Shown: positions 24,401-32,417 of the stretch, in pieces
Layout of the letters: every line of letters starts with the position of its first letter
Numbering within the stretch: the first letter of the stretch is position 1
From: a virus
Virus record (IMG/VR): IMGVR_UViG_3300000101_000006
Location: 9,267 to 73,266 of that record
Strand: one strand, 5' to 3'
Length of the DNA stretch: 64,000 nucleotides
Position numbers and translations under genes: made by a program
Notes under the pieces: generated by a model
Database searches by the model: none
Told to the model about the DNA's origin: nothing
What the model saw: the letters and a program-made list of their open reading frames with translations, nothing else

Positions 24401-26202
24401 TGACAAAGGTCATCGATATTGAAGTTCAAAGCCAAAAAGATCAACTTAAGGCTGACGGAGCGCAAGCAGCCCAAGACTCAGTTGATTTGCAAGAAGCAAG
24501 CGGAAGCGATAGAAAAGTTAGAATCGCCGAAGTTGAGAAAGTTTACAATGAAATGAGGAGGCAATATCTAAAAGGTCTCAAAGTTTCTTTGTCTACAAAT
24601 GATGCTGAAAAGGCAAAAGCCGGAGCGAAAGAGTTGAAGGATTACGTAATGGGTCAAGAAACTTTCATGAGCTATTTCCCATCCAACATTATAACATCTA
24701 GCGGTGGAGTGATGACTTTGGGTGCTGCTCACGAATCTATGGTAGCTATTATCGCACCATTCATTGAAACGATCCGCGACATCGTCACAATCACAAAGAC
24801 ACAAAAAGTTTCTGAGTCCAATTTGCAACAAGCAATTGGAAACTTAGTTATGATATCTGATTCTATCGAAAGCATGTTCAAAGTACCGTCTTTGATCGAT
24901 AGAGAATTCATGAAGAAGTACATCGAAGCAGCAAAGCAGAACCCAGAAAACCAACCATTAACAGATGAAGAGCCTGGAATGATGGATAGAATGAAAGACC
25001 TTGCAGGAAAAGGTCTCGAGAAGCTTAAGCAAGCATTCCAGTGGATGTCTGAGAAGATGTTGGTGTTCATGATGAAGCACTTTGGTGGAGATAGTAAATT
25101 CTTAAGTCAACTTGAAGACACGGATTTGAGCGACGACGAGAAGCAAGAGATGGTGGAAGAAGTAGAAACCGCCATTGGCTTCTTGCAAAACCTAGACGAC
25201 GCGGAAGAACAGGCTGTCAACAAGTTGTTTATAGATATGGGTAAAAGAGGTGCTCAATTAGCAGAAGAAGTTTTTAAATATACAAATGTCCGAGATTTTG
25301 AAAGGCAATTATCGAGCAAGTTTGATTCTAAACTCAAAGAAATTTTATTCATCTCTATGAATAAAGCACTTAGTGATGAAGAGAGGGATCTAGTCGTGGG
25401 AATAATGAGAAACAAGCAAGATGAATTTGTTTCATTTATGACAACATTTTTCAAAATCAAAGAAAAACTCGGCGATGAAGCGGCAAAAGAAGTTCTAAAT
25501 CCACAAGACGCCACAATCACACAAGGCAATCAAGATCCAAGTGCAGAAGATGAAGTGCCTGAACCGGAAAATCTAGGCAAAGACAACTCCGAACTTGAAG
25601 ATGTCGATGGTTTTGATGACTCTGAGAAGACTGATGACTCAGGAACTCCGGAAGACGAAGATGATATTGCAGACTTCAATAGAGAAGTTGAATCTGTGGA
25701 CGAATTCCTTCCTCGCCTTAAGAAACCAACCAATCCCATTGCTAAACAAATCCAGCCAATTAAAGATGGATTTGTAGATGTCTTATCAAAACAGAAAAAG
25801 ATCCCAGTCCGCCGTGCTACAGAAATGTTTAATAAGTTTTTTCTCTTGATTTTCAAACAAATGAATAAAGATTTGGTAATGGAAGATAAAGATCAGTTTG
25901 CGAAAACCTTGATTCCAAAAATCAAACAAGATACAAAGAGGTTCATATCTAGCCTTGGTAGTGATGAATTAAAAATCCGAGACTTTAATATTTTCTTTAA
26001 AAATATTAAAGAAGCAGATTTGATTAAATTAATCGCATTAATTCGTAAGCACAAGGTGAAAATCGCAAAGATTGTTTATGGAGAAAAGGGACAAGTCTCT
26101 CAAGATAACTCAGAAAAAGCCGTTAGAGGCAAAGAAGTCACTCTTCAAGAAGCTCTCAGCCCAATTATCGAAAAAATGCTCAACGAGCACTACAACTACT
26201 AA
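21490..26202 (+). CDS. 1570-aa helical/coiled-coil protein (candidate internal head polyprotein)
   Basis: Long ORF with coiled-coil and acidic linker segments and recurrent (L/I)-x-E motifs; no enzyme motif seen. Confidence 0.8.
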   Translation: MNKKELARLLFQRKDIRALFESRRFDASTLKRVISEEIMREAFEEIPQDSDFVIDNRPSEDNISQMTSMIEDLKATLDEFKGRLADVKKEFTQARTDRDRPTQRNLADEKRMITSDIDRLEVEIRGLEAELQIAYKAAGKSPAKEDDVQVARIAKAVKDVVTQASDNLEQSKDTPENVEKIVKSATAKLDTAAQKSKEVAKKAQSAPTPQPTVDYDKTIDAIKKVRTPQATTPNQVSTELISSQTGLSLDSYRATSLIMNPIAAAVRRLSFLAGLTFGIENITIGDVIYYASGKEGYSPRAAEARKQLEKTVSPEDWKGQTGQLTDLDKQKRSVPLVGFLKSNGKIVKTIIQRELDAAKSKLSAGGVSMKPFAEQEAGSSAPSPQAAPTKPKGRKSRGGVRLASKAIDGENVETSSITPADVKAAVEQDVEQIKSNPEMKQNAKDLMQQVQTPEEETTSQLPAGKGWKDAKDAARKKVTEATTIEQIKASLESADAFKAFWGVKGEVDTKMEQAKALFDDKYFAARIEELKAKATDEGKKQEVAEEAANLAATVMGYSEFLNNMMSQQPDFKPPEMDFPQAIPEDEGEFNRSFIQPLVKIQEPPDASVNKDGLKEDQYIELFTTNAENNDVLKSITEEDLQVFGGWYIMSKQSKSLNEAKEDQLVQIENYGNFNDFWNTTNGPKFVNDEIKKSIKQRFRKKDPKLEATLAGIQTLIDSGQISIPDSITIGEDPNKEAVGLVDKQMVQDVIQNTPEVEPDADADLSPLATEEMDTAWATTLDTFFGKSRENSSFMRQFLLKNQASMLYGMIDVLGQITTGGAGNEERAYTGEKTQVKRKEEPVVPPAEADKKEAPPKTDTTSTDTSVDDEETEKTTSVIPESLEEQVINEIFGMFGGKDNEDKEIKFSPKSTSLMRQDLEAMVDLLRSLKTDIGQYKKYSTSSSVDPRFDGSTLKRAMDAKLKVVQQSIAHLTKVIDIEVQSQKDQLKADGAQAAQDSVDLQEASGSDRKVRIAEVEKVYNEMRRQYLKGLKVSLSTNDAEKAKAGAKELKDYVMGQETFMSYFPSNIITSSGGVMTLGAAHESMVAIIAPFIETIRDIVTITKTQKVSESNLQQAIGNLVMISDSIESMFKVPSLIDREFMKKYIEAAKQNPENQPLTDEEPGMMDRMKDLAGKGLEKLKQAFQWMSEKMLVFMMKHFGGDSKFLSQLEDTDLSDDEKQEMVEEVETAIGFLQNLDDAEEQAVNKLFIDMGKRGAQLAEEVFKYTNVRDFERQLSSKFDSKLKEILFISMNKALSDEERDLVVGIMRNKQDEFVSFMTTFFKIKEKLGDEAAKEVLNPQDATITQGNQDPSAEDEVPEPENLGKDNSELEDVDGFDDSEKTDDSGTPEDEDDIADFNREVESVDEFLPRLKKPTNPIAKQIQPIKDGFVDVLSKQKKIPVRRATEMFNKFFLLIFKQMNKDLVMEDKDQFAKTLIPKIKQDTKRFISSLGSDELKIRDFNIFFKNIKEADLIKLIALIRKHKVKIAKIVYGEKGQVSQDNSEKAVRGKEVTLQEALSPIIEKMLNEHYNY

Positions 26203-26211
26203 GGAGCCATC

Positions 26212-27555
26212 ATGGCAAAAAAAAACTTAATCATCGATACAAACGTTTTCCTTTCGGATAGCGAGTGCTTCGAGAAGTTCGAAAATAATGACCTGTTTGT
26301 ACCAATCAAGGTCTTGGAGGAATTAGACAAACATAAGACCCGACAAGACTCCGTTGGCTTTCATGCACGTCAAGCCATTAGGCGATTTGACGTTTTAAGA
26401 GCCTCTGGAAGCCTCTCAAAGGGTGTTAGACTTGGTAAGGGGTTAGGAGTGCTTCGCTTTGTTAAAGCGGAGGAGAACGCACTAGAGGAGCTCCCAAAGG
26501 GACTCTCACATAAGTCATCGGACAACTTGATCTTGGCTGCTGCCTTAGCAATTAGAGCCGAGAATCCAAAGAGAAAGACAATCGTTGTTTCTCAAGATGT
26601 TAACATGCGAGTTATCGCAGATGCTCTAGGGTTATTGACTGAAGATTATGTCTCCTCACAAGTCGTTGCATCTCGAGATGTTATCTATGAAGGCTTCTCA
26701 AAGTTCCTCGTCGATGATTTTATGGTTGATGAGTTCTATGATAATCAAGACGTTTGGCTCTATGAGGAAGACGCACTAGAGCAAGGCATTGTGTTATATC
26801 TAAATCAATACGTCATGCTTGTGTCAACAGAAAATGAAAAGAAAACAGCAATTGCTAGATTCTCCGGTTGGAACAATCCTATCAAACAAATCGCTCGTAG
26901 AGATGATACTTTCTCTTGGGGAATCAAGCCAAGAAACAAAGAACAAAAGTGTGGCTTAGACATGCTTATGAACGACGACATTCCCTTTGTAAGCATGATT
27001 GGACGTGCCGGTAGTGGTAAGACCCTTATGGCGATGGCCGCTGGCTTAGAACAAGTCCTAGGGCTCGAGAAGGGACGTTACAATCGCATCATTATTTCGA
27101 GACCAGTCCAGCCATTAGGTAAAGACATTGGATTCCTTCCCGGAACAATGGAAGAGAAGATGGCTCCTTGGATGAAGCCTATCTTTGATAACATGCAATA
27201 CATCATGGGATCTGATCGAACAATGCTTGACCTTTATCTCGAGAAAGGTGTTATTGAGATTGACGCAATCACTTATATTCGTGGACGCTCCATTTCAAAT
27301 GCCTATGTCATCATTGATGAAGCACAAAATCTAACAGCTCACGAAGTAAAGACTATTCTTACTCGAATCGGCGAGAACACCAAGATTGTTTTAACTGGAG
27401 ACATCGAACAGATCGACAACGTCTACACTAACGAAACATCTAACGGTTTGACTTATGCGATTGAGAAATTCAAAGAGTCTCCATTATCTGGTCACATCAC
27501 GTTTAAGAAAGGTGAAAGATCGAAATTAGCCACTGAAGCTTCAAAACTTCTTTGA
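26212..27555 (+). CDS. phoH: PIN-domain PhoH-family ATPase
   Basis: PIN IIDTNV...VLEELD...DNLIL...SQDVNMR; Walker A GRAGSGKT; ISRP; IRGRS; IIDEAQN; GDIEQID. Confidence 0.92.
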   Translation: MAKKNLIIDTNVFLSDSECFEKFENNDLFVPIKVLEELDKHKTRQDSVGFHARQAIRRFDVLRASGSLSKGVRLGKGLGVLRFVKAEENALEELPKGLSHKSSDNLILAAALAIRAENPKRKTIVVSQDVNMRVIADALGLLTEDYVSSQVVASRDVIYEGFSKFLVDDFMVDEFYDNQDVWLYEEDALEQGIVLYLNQYVMLVSTENEKKTAIARFSGWNNPIKQIARRDDTFSWGIKPRNKEQKCGLDMLMNDDIPFVSMIGRAGSGKTLMAMAAGLEQVLGLEKGRYNRIIISRPVQPLGKDIGFLPGTMEEKMAPWMKPIFDNMQYIMGSDRTMLDLYLEKGVIEIDAITYIRGRSISNAYVIIDEAQNLTAHEVKTILTRIGENTKIVLTGDIEQIDNVYTNETSNGLTYAIEKFKESPLSGHITFKKGERSKLATEASKLL

Positions 27556-27580
27556 CATTCATTGTTTTATATGTTATAAT
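27552..27580 (+). promoter_or_regulatory. Consensus sigma70 promoter
   Basis: TTGACA 27552-27557; 17 nt spacer; TATAAT 27575-27580. Confidence 0.8.
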
Positions 27581-27598
27581 ATATAAAAGGAGACAACT

Positions 27599-28273
27599 AT
27601 GTGGATAACTGAGTCGGCAAAAAAAGGTCGGAAAATGAAAGATATGTTTAATTTAAATGATATAACTATAATCATAAAAGATAAGATATCGGACGACGTG
27701 GACTTTGAGTTCGTTCTCAATTACATCGCAGCAAGAGTCCCCTTCTATTTAACTTCCAATATTGAAATGATCTATGTCGGGCAGTTTCCGGAAATGAAGG
27801 AAAGAGACATTAATGCATTCTATGAAAATGACGCTATTTACGTCACAAACAAGCAAGATGGTGAGATGGATATGATTGAAGATGTTATTCATGAAATCTC
27901 ACACGCCGTTGAACAATATAATCAGGAGTTCATTTATGGATCAGGAGCATTGCAAAGAGAATTTGTCGCAAAACGAAAAAGGTTGTCCGCACTGTTATCG
28001 CAGAAATATGAAGTACCTGCTGATTTTAATATTAACTTCGAGTACGATAGGGCCATTGATGAATTTCTTTACCGTGACGTCGGATATGACGCACTCAATC
28101 AGATTTGTGTTAATATCTTTCCTTCTGCTTATGCTTGTACGTCGGTAAGCGAGTATTGGGCAAAAGGGTTCGAGGAACTATTTATTGGCGAAACAAATAA
28201 TCTAAGACAAATGTGTCCTGTTTTATATAAGACACTCGCATTGCTAATAAAAGAACTTAAAGAAAATACTTGA
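27599..28273 (+). CDS. Putative zinc metallopeptidase-like protein
   Basis: VIHEISH (HEXXH) followed by SEYWAKGFE. Confidence 0.6.
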   Translation: MWITESAKKGRKMKDMFNLNDITIIIKDKISDDVDFEFVLNYIAARVPFYLTSNIEMIYVGQFPEMKERDINAFYENDAIYVTNKQDGEMDMIEDVIHEISHAVEQYNQEFIYGSGALQREFVAKRKRLSALLSQKYEVPADFNINFEYDRAIDEFLYRDVGYDALNQICVNIFPSAYACTSVSEYWAKGFEELFIGETNNLRQMCPVLYKTLALLIKELKENT

Positions 28274-28298
28274 CAAACATTCTTCACCGTGTTACCTT
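28270..28298 (+). promoter_or_regulatory. sigma70 promoter
   Basis: TTGACA 28270-28275; 17 nt spacer; TACCTT 28293-28298. Confidence 0.7.
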
Positions 28299-28318
28299 AT
28301 TAAGACACGGAGGACTTT

Positions 28319-29095
28319 ATGTCAAAACAACACATTTCTTATTCAGAATTAAAAATCTTTACGGAGTGCCCATACAAATGGAAACTTCAATACCTAGACG
28401 GACTCAAAGGCTTTACAGGTAACATATATACCGCTTTTGGATCAGCCATACATGCGGTATGCGAACAATCAGCACTAGGCAATCTAGAACCAGAGAATTA
28501 TGCAGAGTACTTTGATACTGCTTTCTTGTTGGAGCTCAAGAATCTTGACGAGAAACCAAAGAACAAGATGATCGTGGAGATGCGAGAACAAAGCCGTGAG
28601 ATCTTCCACAAGGTCTTTCCTGCTCTCCAAGAGATGTTTCCGGGCTATGAGGTATACTCTTCAGAAGAAGACATCTACGAGCCGATACAAGAGCTTAAGT
28701 TCACACGCTATCTCAAAGGATTCATTGACCTTGTTATTAAAACGCCTGACGGCAAGTTTCACATCATTGACTGGAAGTCTTGCTCTTGGGGTTGGGATAT
28801 GAAACGCAAAAGCGAACCAATGACCACTTACCAGTTGACGCTATATAAAAAGTTCTTCTGTGAGAAACATGACGTTGATGCGAAGATGGTTGAGACATAT
28901 TTTGGACTTCTCAAGCGAACAGCGAAAAAGGACAACGTCGAAATCTTCCGAGTCACATCCGGACCAAAGAAAACAGAGAATGCGACAAAGGTGCTTACAA
29001 ATGCATGTAACTTGATCAATAAAGGCATAGCCATCAAGAATCGAAACTCCTGCTCAAAGTGTCCTTTCAACAACACGGAGCATTGCACAAGATAA
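28319..29095 (+). CDS. PD-(D/E)XK exonuclease, Cas4/RecB/AddB-like with Fe-S cysteines
   Basis: ISYS...ECPYKW, FGSAIH, GFIDLV...IIDWKS, QLTLY, C-terminal CSKCPF....C. Confidence 0.85.
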   Translation: MSKQHISYSELKIFTECPYKWKLQYLDGLKGFTGNIYTAFGSAIHAVCEQSALGNLEPENYAEYFDTAFLLELKNLDEKPKNKMIVEMREQSREIFHKVFPALQEMFPGYEVYSSEEDIYEPIQELKFTRYLKGFIDLVIKTPDGKFHIIDWKSCSWGWDMKRKSEPMTTYQLTLYKKFFCEKHDVDAKMVETYFGLLKRTAKKDNVEIFRVTSGPKKTENATKVLTNACNLINKGIAIKNRNSCSKCPFNNTEHCTR

Positions 29096-29121
29096 GAAAA
29101 ATAAAAAAATAAATAAAAAAC

Positions 29122-29180
29122 TTGACAACCCCCAACTAATGTGGTATCATTAGTAATGAAAAGTGGGGTTGTCTTTTTTT
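29122..29180 (+). promoter_or_regulatory. sigma70 promoter nested in a terminator-like hairpin
   Basis: TTGACA 29122; TATCAT 29145; GACAACCCC 29124-29132 pairs with GGGGTTGTC 29165-29173, followed by T7. Confidence 0.7.
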
Positions 29181-29209
29181 GTGCCCCAAAAAATCGATAA
29201 GGAATTAAT

Positions 29210-30475
29210 ATGACTAAGAAGATTAAAGTATTGACCTTGAGCGATCATCCGTTGTCTCCTTCGGGCGTGGGCACTCAAACAAAATATGTTATTGAAGCTC
29301 TACTGAAGAGTGGAAAATTTGAAGTTCTATCTTTAGGTGGAGCAATGAAGCACAGAGATTATACCCCAACTGTTGTTGATCCGTACGGAGAAGATTGGAG
29401 AATCATTCCTGTAGATGGATATGGTACACAAGAGATGATACGCTCAGTGATTCGTAATGAGAGACCAGATATATTATGGTTTATGACTGACCCTAGATTC
29501 TATGAGTGGTTGTGGGAGATGGAGAATGAAATCCGTCCACTGCTTCCAATGGTCTACTATCACGTCTGGGACAACAAGCCACTACCGATGTTCAATAAGA
29601 AATTTTATGAATCAAACGATCACATCGCTACAATTTCTAGAATTACTCACGAATGCGTTCAAGGTGTTGCACCGGAAACTAGTTCGTCATATCTACCTCA
29701 CGCGGTAGATTCTCAATACTTCTACCCTAGAACTTTGGAAGAAAAGAAAGAGTTGCGAAACCAGATAGTTCCAAAAGAAGATCAAGACAAGTTCATTGTT
29801 TTTTGGAACAATAGAAACGCTCGAAGAAAACAGTCTGGTACTTTGCTTTGGTGGTGGAAGGAATGGTTAGATAAGCGAGACCTATCCGATAAAGCTCAAA
29901 TGATTATGCACACCAACCCATTTGATGTTCACGGACAGAATTTAAATCAGATCGCAGAAGAACTTGGAATGTCCAATCGAGAAGTTGTATTTTCAACAAA
30001 CAAGATTGCTTTGGATAAAATGTACTCTCTGTACACTATCGCAGATTGTACAGTTAATATTGCAGATGCTGAAGGTTTTGGCTTGGCAACATTGGAATCT
30101 CTTGCTTGTGGAACTCCCATTATCGTCAATATGACCGGTGGATTGCAAGAACAAGTCATGGGTCAAGACGGACCTTTTGGTTTTCCAATTTATCCGATGG
30201 CCAAATCAATTATTGGATCTCAACAGGTTCCGTATATTTTTGAAGATAGGATCTCAAAAGAACAATTGCATTCTGCACTTGATAAAATGTATGCCCTATC
30301 GATAGAAGAGAGACACGAACTTGGAATTAAAGGAGCAAAACATGTCGAAAACAATTATAACTTTGAACAATTTGGAAAAAAGTGGGTCAATCTTATGTCT
30401 AAGATTCACGAAGAGCATGGTTCTTGGGAGACAAGGAAAGGTTACGTTGGAGTTACGTTCAAGGAAGTCGCATGA
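29210..30475 (+). CDS. GT-B (GT4-like) glycosyltransferase
   Basis: SGVG...; RNARRKQ; EGFGLATLESLACGTPII..TGGL.E. Confidence 0.9.
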   Translation: MTKKIKVLTLSDHPLSPSGVGTQTKYVIEALLKSGKFEVLSLGGAMKHRDYTPTVVDPYGEDWRIIPVDGYGTQEMIRSVIRNERPDILWFMTDPRFYEWLWEMENEIRPLLPMVYYHVWDNKPLPMFNKKFYESNDHIATISRITHECVQGVAPETSSSYLPHAVDSQYFYPRTLEEKKELRNQIVPKEDQDKFIVFWNNRNARRKQSGTLLWWWKEWLDKRDLSDKAQMIMHTNPFDVHGQNLNQIAEELGMSNREVVFSTNKIALDKMYSLYTIADCTVNIADAEGFGLATLESLACGTPIIVNMTGGLQEQVMGQDGPFGFPIYPMAKSIIGSQQVPYIFEDRISKEQLHSALDKMYALSIEERHELGIKGAKHVENNYNFEQFGKKWVNLMSKIHEEHGSWETRKGYVGVTFKEVA

Positions 30476-30783
30476 AAGTGCCGGACGAATTAAGAATGTT
30501 GCCTGACGATGGACAAATGAGAATGTGGGCTAGCCAAGGCTACATGCATCACATATCTGAAGATATATATGATAATGAGATAACTTATAATGTTAATATG
30601 CGTTGGCTAAAGGAGATCAACAATATCAAACCGGGAAACTTGGTATCAACACCAGAAGAAGAAGTTGCCCTTGTTTTGGAGTTTATCTCCAAAGACTTGC
30701 AAGGTTTTGATATATACAAGGTTCTCGTGAATGGCGAAGAGCACCTATATTCAACATTAGAGTTAGCAAATGTGGGAGATTAA
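30472..30783 (+). CDS. Hypothetical protein with an SH3-like C-terminus
   Basis: ATGA-coupled start at 30472; IKPGNLVS motif. Confidence 0.55.
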   Translation: MKVPDELRMLPDDGQMRMWASQGYMHHISEDIYDNEITYNVNMRWLKEINNIKPGNLVSTPEEEVALVLEFISKDLQGFDIYKVLVNGEEHLYSTLELANVGD

Positions 30784-31200
30784 ATGAAAAAAACAATTAT
30801 GGTATCAGGAGGTTTCGATCCTCCACACATTGGACACATAAGAATGTTCAAAGAGGCTTCCAAGTGGGGCAAAGTTATTGTGGCTCTTAACTCTGATGAG
30901 TGGCTCATGAGAAAAAAGGGCTATGTATTCATGACCTTTAAGGAGCGCATGGAAATCATCTCAGAATTCGCATCTGTTGAATATGTGATGGGTTTTGATG
31001 ATGCAGATAATACAGCTTGTGATGCGATTATCTGTATGAAGCCCGACGCCTTTGCCAACGGCGGAGACCGCAAGAAAGAAAACACTCCGGAAATGGATGT
31101 GTGTGACGAATTAGGAATTCAAATGCTCTGGGGGATTGGCGGACAAGATAAGCCGCAATCATCTTCATGGCTTGTTAATAAATTTTTGGAGAACAAATGA
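30784..31200 (+). CDS. Cytidylyltransferase/adenylyltransferase (HIGH family, RfaE/TagD-like)
   Basis: SGGFDPPHIGH, VALNSDEW, ER.EII, KPDAFANGGDR, SSS. Confidence 0.9.
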   Translation: MKKTIMVSGGFDPPHIGHIRMFKEASKWGKVIVALNSDEWLMRKKGYVFMTFKERMEIISEFASVEYVMGFDDADNTACDAIICMKPDAFANGGDRKKENTPEMDVCDELGIQMLWGIGGQDKPQSSSWLVNKFLENK

Positions 31201-32417
31201 AAAAGAAAATTTTCGTAAGAGCCCCCGTCTTAACGGCAAGTGGCTATGGAGAACAGGCTCGTTTTGCTATGAGAGCATTGCGATCTAGAGAGGATCTGTT
31301 TGATATTTACATTCAACCCATTCCATGGGGCAAAACTGGTTGGATCTGGGAAAACAACGAAGAACGAGAGTGGATGGATGCTAGAATTGCTGAGACTCAA
31401 ATTCTTTTGCAACAAAAAAATCTCCAACCAGACATCTCACTTCAAGTAACGATACCAAATGAGTTTCAAAAGTTGTGTCCAATAAATATTGGCTTCACTG
31501 CTGGAATCGAAACAGATCGAGTATCCCCTATTTGGTTAGAGAAAGGAAATGAGATGGACAAGATTCTTGTTGTTTCCGAACACGCCAAGACAACATATGA
31601 AGGAACAACTTCTTTACTTCAATTTGGGACAAAATACAAACTACAAACTCCAATTGAAGTCGTCCATGAGACAACTCCACATGCACAATCACCAGAAGAG
31701 ATCTTGGGTTTCAACCCTCGTCATGACTTCAACTTTTTAGTTGTATCGCAATTTGGCCCTCGAAAGAATTTTGAAAACACAATCACTTGGTTCGTTGAGA
31801 AATTTCAAGATAAAGATGTGGGACTAATTCTCAAGACATCGATTAAAGGATCATCACGTATAGACTTGGAACAAACTGAGGCTCGCTTAAAGGGTCTTCT
31901 GAGTCGTTTTCCTGATCGGAAGTGTTCTGTGTCTCTGCTTCACGGAGATCTCTCTGAGGGGCAAATGAGGGGCCTTTATGAGCATGATAAGGTGAAAGCT
32001 TTGGTGAACATTGCTCACGGAGAAGGATTTGGACTTCCATTGTTCGAAGCTGCTCGAACAGCTCTTCCAATCATTACCATTCCTTGGTCTGGTCAAATGG
32101 ACTTTTTGAGACATGGTGATAAGAACTATTTTGCCACCGTAAGTCACGTCACACGACCAGTACAACCGGAAGCAGTGTGGAAAGGCGTAATCGAAGAGAA
32201 TGCAAATTGGGCATATGCTGAAGAAGGTTCGTACAAAATGGCCCTTCAAATGGTTCATGAGCGCTGGAGTGAATATAAGACTCAAGCAGTGGAGCTTCAA
32301 TGTTTGGTGAATGATAAATTCAACCCCGAAAATCTTTATGAAGGTTTTTGCAATGCGATTGAGAGTCTTTATGATGCAAATGTTGAGGTCGATGAGTGGG
32401 GCATTGAAGCAAAGTGA
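31197..32417 (+). CDS. GT-B (GT4-like) glycosyltransferase
   Basis: SGYGEQAR; PRKNFE; HGEGFGLPLFEA..T.LPII. Confidence 0.9.
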   Translation: MKKKIFVRAPVLTASGYGEQARFAMRALRSREDLFDIYIQPIPWGKTGWIWENNEEREWMDARIAETQILLQQKNLQPDISLQVTIPNEFQKLCPINIGFTAGIETDRVSPIWLEKGNEMDKILVVSEHAKTTYEGTTSLLQFGTKYKLQTPIEVVHETTPHAQSPEEILGFNPRHDFNFLVVSQFGPRKNFENTITWFVEKFQDKDVGLILKTSIKGSSRIDLEQTEARLKGLLSRFPDRKCSVSLLHGDLSEGQMRGLYEHDKVKALVNIAHGEGFGLPLFEAARTALPIITIPWSGQMDFLRHGDKNYFATVSHVTRPVQPEAVWKGVIEENANWAYAEEGSYKMALQMVHERWSEYKTQAVELQCLVNDKFNPENLYEGFCNAIESLYDANVEVDEWGIEAK

